Assembly (NCBI GenBank): GCA_963826785.1
Contig: CAWGYD010000006.1
Coordinates: 160,001-224,000 of the forward strand
Origin: an uncultured delta proteobacterium
GTDB lineage: Bacteria; Desulfobacterota; Desulfobacteria; Desulfobacterales; Desulfosalsimonadaceae
Direction: 5' to 3'
DNA length: 64,000 bases
Shown: piece by piece, positions 58,460 through 64,000 of the stretch
Position numbering within the stretch: position 1 is the stretch's first letter
Layout: each line of letters opens with the position of its first letter
The notes under the pieces: generated by a model
Seen by the model: the letters and a program-made list of their open reading frames with translations, nothing else
Databases searched by the model: none
Told to the model about the DNA's origin: nothing
Position numbers and translations under genes: made by a program

Positions 58460-60973
58460 TCAATACCGGCTGTGGCTCAGCCTGGCGATCACCTCGTTCT
58501 GGAGTTCGCGGCCCACGGCGGTGAAATAGGCATTGTAGCCGGTGATCCGCACCAGCAGGTGCCGGTAGTTCTGGGGGTGCGCCTGGGCGTCTTTGAGCAT
58601 CTCCGGGTCAAGCATGTTGACCTGGAGGCAGGTGCCGCCGTTTCGGTCGTATCCCTTCAGGAAGGCCTTGAATTTTTCCCGGTGGGCCGGGTCCGCGATG
58701 ATGGACGGGTTGAAGGTCATGGTATGACTGGCGCCGTTGGGGAGGCAGTTGAGATACCCGCCCCAGTCCCCCTGCCCGTCTTTGGCCCGGCCGCCCAGGG
58801 CCTTGCCCACGGAGTTGGCATTGGCGGTGGGGCCGTTGATGTCCGCGCCATTGGACGGGCAGATGGCGTTGGACAGGAACTCGCCCTTTCTGCGGCCGTC
58901 GGCGCTGGCGGCCATGACAAACCCGTCGCCCGCCCAGTAATTCCAGCTCAGCATCCCGGGGCGAAACTGCCGGCCCGTGCTTTTCGTCCTGTGCTTCCAG
59001 GCCTCGGCCGTCCAGAGGTCCATGACTTTTTGCGCCATTTCGTCTGCCGCATCATCGTCCCGGCCGTACTTGGGCGCCCGGTTTCTGGCCAGGGCGCGCA
59101 GCTTGTCGTGGCCTTCCCAGTTGTCGCGCAGGGCGGCGATGAGTTCGGACATGGTGCATTTTTTTTCGTCAAACACCAGGTACTTGACCGCCAGCAGAGA
59201 ATCGACCGTGGTGGCAAAGGTCACCGCCTCCAGGGTGACAAATGAAATCTCGGCGCCGCCCCGGGTGACGTCGATCCCTTTTTCCGCGCACCCCTTGACC
59301 AGGCAGGAGAGATAGGGGGTGGGCAGATACGCCGCCCGAACCGATTCGGAGCGCTCATAGAGGTCCACGCATTTTTTGACGATATACTGCGTCTGGCGGG
59401 CATAGGCTTCCCAGAACCGGGCCCAGTCCGCAAAACGGGCGGCATCTCCGGTGTAGGGGCCGTCCTGTCGGATCTTTTCGACTTTGCCGGTGAGAATGTC
59501 TTTGAAGGGGATGATGTCCGTGCCGCCGGTAAGGGCGAGTTCAACGGCCTTGAGCAGGTTCAGGTTGCAGTCCACCGTGCCGGAGCGGTCGTTTCCCGCC
59601 ATGGTATTCTCCAGGCATCCCACCGGCGCGTAGTCGTGAACGTTGTCCCGGTTGATCAGATGGCCAATCCCTGCTTCTTTGGCCTCCCGGAGCATCCCGG
59701 CCATGGAGCGCTCATCGAAATTGATCAGAAAGGGCGCCCCCTGGCTGGATGAAATCATGTCCACCATTTTTTCCAGGAGGGGCTCGGGCGAATTTTGGTG
59801 CAGGCGGACATTGGGCTTGGGCTCCAGGATGGGGCTCATCTCGTCGATGACTTCAAGGATGACATAGGTGAGGTCGTTGGTGGTGTCCAAGCCGTCTTTT
59901 CCGATGCCGGAGAGGGTGAGGAGCTGCCCGAACCCGGCGGTGATCCCCTGGTTGCCGTTTCGGATCATGGCGTCATAAGCGGTGTTGGCATGCACCCAGA
60001 AGCATTTGAGGATCTCCTTGCCGAACTCCCGGTCCATGCCGGCATCGATGGAGGCCTTCCAGAAGGGGAGCAGGTACTGGTCGATCCGGCCGAAGGAAAC
60101 CCCCGGGCCGGGATAATTTTCGTCGCTCATGACCAGCATGTGGGTCAGCCAAAGGGACTGGACGGCCTCCCAGAAGGTTTTTGGCGGCTCCCAGGGCACC
60201 CGGTCCAGATTTTTGACCATCTGCATCAGTTCGGCCTTGCGCTCCGGGCCGGTTTCCCTTACCGCCAGTCCCCGGCAGACCGTGGCGTATTTGGCCGCAA
60301 GTTCCCTGGGCAGGGTTGCCGATGTCATCATGGCCTTCAGCTGGGCACCCTTTTCGCCTTTCTGCTCTTCCGGGGAAAGGGCCTGGAAGAGATGCTCCAG
60401 TTCCTCGTGAACGCCTTTCCAGCCCATGGCCAGCACCTTCGGGTAATCCGGGATCAAGTGCCCGGAAGTGGCGCCGGCATTGCCGTATCCGTGGTCGTGA
60501 AACCATTTCACCGCGGCCCGGGCGCCCTTTTTGCCCGTGGTCAGCGCATCGAATGCCGCCTGCTCTTCCCGGTCCAGGCACATGGAAGCGATAATGTTGA
60601 ACCGGCCGCCGGCAATGAGGTCTCCGGGCAGCATCTCTGCGGGCAGGCAATTGACCATGACTTCCTTGATGAACACGGCCCGGCGCTCCACGATGGATTT
60701 TTCCCAGAAGCCGGCGGGAAGATCCACCATCCGGGCGGACTGCCTGAAGGAACTGCGCAGGGTCTGCATCAGCATGTAGGTTTCCGGGACGATGTAGTAG
60801 GTCATCTCGTTGAACTGGACATCCCAGGGGGTGCCCGTGGTCCAGGCGGTAAACTCGTTGTTCCAGGCCCGGTCGGTTCCCTTGAAGTAATAATCCCGCA
60901 GTTTCGTGATGCGATCGGAAAGACCTGCGGGTTCCTTGATGCCGGGCTGCAGCCGGGCGGCGGATGTGGCCAT
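58460..60973 (-). CDS. Glycyl-radical enzyme (PFL2/eliminase-like, substrate unknown)
   Basis: Single-Cys loop APVGCLEN; Gly loop LLVRITGY; SFGRIDQYL; 837 aa. Confidence 0.92.
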   Translation of the reverse strand: MATSAARLQPGIKEPAGLSDRITKLRDYYFKGTDRAWNNEFTAWTTGTPWDVQFNEMTYYIVPETYMLMQTLRSSFRQSARMVDLPAGFWEKSIVERRAVFIKEVMVNCLPAEMLPGDLIAGGRFNIIASMCLDREEQAAFDALTTGKKGARAAVKWFHDHGYGNAGATSGHLIPDYPKVLAMGWKGVHEELEHLFQALSPEEQKGEKGAQLKAMMTSATLPRELAAKYATVCRGLAVRETGPERKAELMQMVKNLDRVPWEPPKTFWEAVQSLWLTHMLVMSDENYPGPGVSFGRIDQYLLPFWKASIDAGMDREFGKEILKCFWVHANTAYDAMIRNGNQGITAGFGQLLTLSGIGKDGLDTTNDLTYVILEVIDEMSPILEPKPNVRLHQNSPEPLLEKMVDMISSSQGAPFLINFDERSMAGMLREAKEAGIGHLINRDNVHDYAPVGCLENTMAGNDRSGTVDCNLNLLKAVELALTGGTDIIPFKDILTGKVEKIRQDGPYTGDAARFADWARFWEAYARQTQYIVKKCVDLYERSESVRAAYLPTPYLSCLVKGCAEKGIDVTRGGAEISFVTLEAVTFATTVDSLLAVKYLVFDEKKCTMSELIAALRDNWEGHDKLRALARNRAPKYGRDDDAADEMAQKVMDLWTAEAWKHRTKSTGRQFRPGMLSWNYWAGDGFVMAASADGRRKGEFLSNAICPSNGADINGPTANANSVGKALGGRAKDGQGDWGGYLNCLPNGASHTMTFNPSIIADPAHREKFKAFLKGYDRNGGTCLQVNMLDPEMLKDAQAHPQNYRHLLVRITGYNAYFTAVGRELQNEVIARLSHSRY

Positions 60974-60976
60974 TTT

Positions 60977-61708
60977 TCAGTCCTCCTGTCTGGATACGAT
61001 GTTGCGCAGCCGGTCTTCGCCATGCTTGAGCATGCGCCACATGACATCTGCGGCGGCGGGCTCGTCTTGATCGGCGATGGCGGAAACCAGCTCGCTGTGG
61101 AATGCAAAGACTTCCTCAACCACGGATGTATCGGTGAAAAACTGCCGGGAGAGGTTGGTGTAGACCGGCTTGAAGGAATTGATCAAAAGGGGATAAAGAA
61201 GGTTGTCGGTGGCGATGGTCACCGTAAGATGAAATTCGAAATCGAGCTGGGTCACGGCATCGATGTCTGCGGCCGAAGCCGCCTGCTCCCGGCCGGTGAT
61301 GCGGTGAAATTCCAAAATCTGTTCATCGGTGCGGTTTTTCGCGGCCAGGCGGGCGTTTTCCGTCTCCACCAGCAGCCGCATGTTGAGCATCCCCTCCAGC
61401 AGCCGGGGATCGAGCTTGCCGTCCTGGTACGCCAGAAGGGAGGTGAGCAGGGTGATCGATCCCTGCCTGCGGTAGTCGTTGATGATGGTGCCGATGCGGG
61501 GGGTCATGGAAACCAGCCCCTTGGCGGCAAGATCCACCAGTGCCTCGTGTACGACGGGGCGGCTCACCCCCAGATGCCTGGCCAACTCGCGCTCCGGCGG
61601 CAGCTTCTCCCCCACGGCAAGCGCTCCGGAGAGAATCAATTCCTCAAATCGCCTGACACATGCTTCCTTCAAGCTGTCCGATCTGACCGGCCGCAATCGG
61701 TCGAGCAT
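60977..61708 (-). CDS. GntR/FadR-family transcriptional regulator
   Basis: GEKLPPERELARHLGVSRPVVHEAL; FCD domain DFEFH. Confidence 0.92.
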   Translation of the reverse strand: MLDRLRPVRSDSLKEACVRRFEELILSGALAVGEKLPPERELARHLGVSRPVVHEALVDLAAKGLVSMTPRIGTIINDYRRQGSITLLTSLLAYQDGKLDPRLLEGMLNMRLLVETENARLAAKNRTDEQILEFHRITGREQAASAADIDAVTQLDFEFHLTVTIATDNLLYPLLINSFKPVYTNLSRQFFTDTSVVEEVFAFHSELVSAIADQDEPAAADVMWRMLKHGEDRLRNIVSRQED

Positions 61709-61733
61709 CCGTTCTTCCTCCTTTATCTGGCTG

Positions 61734-61746
61734 GTGGTAAGACCAC
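61734..61746. promoter_or_regulatory. FadR/PdhR-type operator
   Basis: GTGGT-AAG-ACCAC palindrome 25 bp upstream of the GntR start codon. Confidence 0.75.
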
Positions 61747-61925
61747 AAATATCAGATTAATCCTCTTTTTCAACTAAAACCAGCAAGTCGACATAAAAAA
61801 TGTACGGACGCCCTGAATGCGATTGCTTGACGCATCTGCCCGTGATACGTTTTGATGACTTGCAGACTTCTGTCCCACAGGCGGATACCCGTTGAACGGC
61901 AATTTAAACTTGAGGAATCCGATCC

Positions 61926-62267
61926 ATGCGCTCCCCTGAAATATCTTCTCCCTCGCGTTTTGTTTTTCTGCTCTTTGTTCTGGCCGGCTTCCTGCTTTTC
62001 TTCGGATGCGCCACTACACCAAAGGACGATTTTACAAAACGGCTCCGCAATATGCCCGATACAGAACTTATCGCCTACTATAACGGCATCAGCGAACGGC
62101 TCAAGACCATCGACAACCGGACGCGTGATATGCGCAGCGCAGAACCCCGCCGGGAGCCGGAAAACAGCTTTAATGGAGAATTTTATTACGGAAGTCCCGG
62201 ATACGACCTCATGCAGAAACAAAAACAGGTCGAAAAAGAATTGAAGTGGCGGAATCTGGCACCCTGA
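61926..62267 (+). CDS. Hypothetical lipoprotein
   Basis: Hydrophobic signal ending FFGC. Confidence 0.6.
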   Translation: MRSPEISSPSRFVFLLFVLAGFLLFFGCATTPKDDFTKRLRNMPDTELIAYYNGISERLKTIDNRTRDMRSAEPRREPENSFNGEFYYGSPGYDLMQKQKQVEKELKWRNLAP

Positions 62268-62338
62268 CAACAAAAAAACCCTGCCGGATGGGAATCCACC
62301 GGCAGATCAAACAGAAATGAAAAGAAAAGGAACTGCAG

Positions 62339-62650
62339 ATGAAGAAATTAAAACTCTGGGTATTGATCCTGGTGGCTGCAACGGTAACCGGCTGCGCGAC
62401 CCCCTTTCCGGTCGGCGTCATCTACACCGATATTCAAGTGCCCTATCCGGTGGCCGGAGAATCATCGGCCATGGAAAAGTCCGGAACCGCGGAATGCACC
62501 AGTGTGCTCGGACTGGTGGCGGTGGGGGATGCCAGCATCCGGCAGGCGATGCAAAACGGGCACATTACCAAAGTCAGCTACGTGGAATGGTCGGCCAATA
62601 ACATCCTGGGCGTTATCGGCACCTATAAGGTGACGGTATACGGCGAATAA
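62339..62650 (+). CDS. TRL-like family lipoprotein
   Basis: VTGC...GVIYTD...KSGTAECTSVLGLVAVGDASI...VTVYGE. Confidence 0.8.
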   Translation: MKKLKLWVLILVAATVTGCATPFPVGVIYTDIQVPYPVAGESSAMEKSGTAECTSVLGLVAVGDASIRQAMQNGHITKVSYVEWSANNILGVIGTYKVTVYGE

Positions 62651-62663
62651 ACTGATGAATCAA

Positions 62664-62685
62664 CGCCGGGCGGAACCGCCCGGCG
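62664..62685. other. Strong hairpin: candidate SECIS for the C-terminal Sec codon and/or terminator between convergent genes
   Basis: CGCCGGGCGG-AA-CCGCCCGGCG, 11 nt downstream of the UGA at 62697-62699 (minus strand). Confidence 0.6.
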
Positions 62686-62687
62686 GA

Positions 62688-62900
62688 TCACACCCCTCAC
62701 GTCCCGCCATAGCCGACCGATACGTTTTCGCCATCCACGATGACCGGCACTTTTCGTTGTCCGCCGGTAAGCTTGAGCATTTTGTCCAGTTCATCCCTGT
62801 CGGATTTCACATCGATGTACCGGTGCTCCGTATAGGCCCCACGGGCCTTTTCCGTGTAGGGTCAGCCGGATTTCCCGTAAATCAGGATTTGCCTGTTCAT
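62688..62900 (-). CDS. UXX-star glutaredoxin-like selenoprotein (two in-frame UGA); absent from the ORF track
   Basis: MNRQILIYGKSG-U-PYTEKARGAY...RKVPVIVDGENVSVGYGGT-U-GV*; SD GGAGG upstream. Confidence 0.85.
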
Positions 62901-63189
62901 GGTCGCCTCCCTGGCTGCGTGGCATGCAGCGGTTAAAGAAAACATGTTTCCACAAGCCATCTCAAAGCATCTCAAAAAAACGCCCTTCCCCCCGACAGCA
63001 GCGTTACGACATTTGAAAATAACTCACACAGGGACGATATGCTCGCGTTTTCATTGGCCCCATGCCGCCCTGCGCCTGGATGTGACCGGCATTTTTGAAA
63101 GACTTGCAATTGCTATAAAAATAAAGTCGGATCTGCGGAATTTCAAAATAAACGCATCCGGCAACGCCAAGGATACGTGCGAATCGTCC

Positions 63190-64000
63190 CTAAACGGCCG
63201 GGGCTATCGTCACCGGAATGCCGTTTAGCACCGCGGTTCCGGTGATGCGGTCGGTTTCGGCCGGGGTGATCCGGTTGGTATTGACCCCGGGATGCTGCCG
63301 GGCCACATCCATCTGAATTCCATCTACATCATGCCCCCACCCGTGGGGCAGGCTGACCACTCCGGGCATGATATCGGAGGTGATTTCCACTGCTGCGGCG
63401 ATGGACCCGACGCTGGACGTGATCTGCGCCGGGACATTGTCCGCCAGCCCCAGGCGTTTCGCATCATCTGGATGAACCAGCAGGGTGCACGGATTTTTCG
63501 AAACGAGGGATTCGATGTTGTGCATCCAGGAGTTGTTGGTCCGCAAATGCCGCCGGCCGACCAGAACCATCCGGCCGCGCTCCGGACCGGCCGCCGCACC
63601 GATTGATTGCGTCAGTGCTTCGATATCGGCCTTCATCGCTTCCGGGAAAAGATGGATTTTGCCGTCGGGGTTGGCCAGGGCATGTTTGATCCAGGATTTG
63701 AGCGGCCCGAGATCGATGCCGTGCGGGTTTTTAATCAGCTTTTCAAGATTGATCCCGTCCGGCTTCATTCCAAAATTATCCCCATAGGGGCCGATGCGCA
63801 GCAGGAAATCGAGGATGCGCTCCGGTCCTCTGCTGCCGGACAGGGGGGTTGTCAGCATCTCCTTTGTCACCCCGGATTTTTCTCCGCCCATGGCCTTGAT
63901 AACGCCTGCGGCCAGTTCATCGACCATCTGCGCCTCCAGTTCCGAAGGCGAAGCTGCGGCCCCGCGTCCGCCAGCGATCAGGGCCAAATGGGCCAGGATC
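63190..64000 (-). CDS. Molybdopterin oxidoreductase, C-terminal part (5' end outside the window)
   Basis: GRRHLRTNNSWMHN...VHPDDAKRLGL...PGVVSLPHGWGH dinucleotide-binding domain. Confidence 0.85.
   Translation of the reverse strand, partial: ILAHLALIAGGRGAAASPSELEAQMVDELAAGVIKAMGGEKSGVTKEMLTTPLSGSRGPERILDFLLRIGPYGDNFGMKPDGINLEKLIKNPHGIDLGPLKSWIKHALANPDGKIHLFPEAMKADIEALTQSIGAAAGPERGRMVLVGRRHLRTNNSWMHNIESLVSKNPCTLLVHPDDAKRLGLADNVPAQITSSVGSIAAAVEITSDIMPGVVSLPHGWGHDVDGIQMDVARQHPGVNTNRITPAETDRITGTAVLNGIPVTIAPAV

Noticed and set aside
59795..61777. Long antisense ORFs (also 12533-13852, 33446-34867, 42455-43984)
   Set aside because: Shadow frames of GC-rich genes with no motifs.

Overview
This is a GC-rich bacterial window. 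Gene content (UXX-star selenoprotein, glycyl-radical enzyme, Fe-S proteins, DUF1573, TIGR04219) suggests an anaerobic Desulfobacterota-like organism; this is inference. It opens inside a large GAF-PAS hybrid histidine kinase. An accessory/defence region at ~5-16.4 kb holds three toxin-antitoxin pairs (each with a leaderless-type promoter), an orphan antitoxin, two HsdR-N-type nucleases and an integrase-less integron cassette array (TIR, NucS-like and EVE-like/nuclease cassettes, two attC sites). Next come carboxy(nor)spermidine genes, an FHA/PP2C/Ser-Thr kinase/adenylate cyclase-FHA cluster, assorted enzymes and lipoproteins, and a tandem HNH (type IV restriction-like) pair. A methyltransferase carries an in-frame 132-bp palindromic element. 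The rest holds DUF2339/DUF3999, a complete cyoABCDE operon, a RAYT-type HUH transposase bounded by perfect inverted repeats, an unassigned glycyl-radical enzyme operon with a FadR/PdhR-type operator, and a two-UGA selenoprotein missed by the ORF track. C/G-run palindromic (REP-like) repeats are scattered throughout, invade ORFs, and one is interrupted by a MITE. Many genes between 4.5 and 25 kb have single-base frameshifts that are probably sequencing errors. No rRNA, tRNA or CRISPR array was seen.
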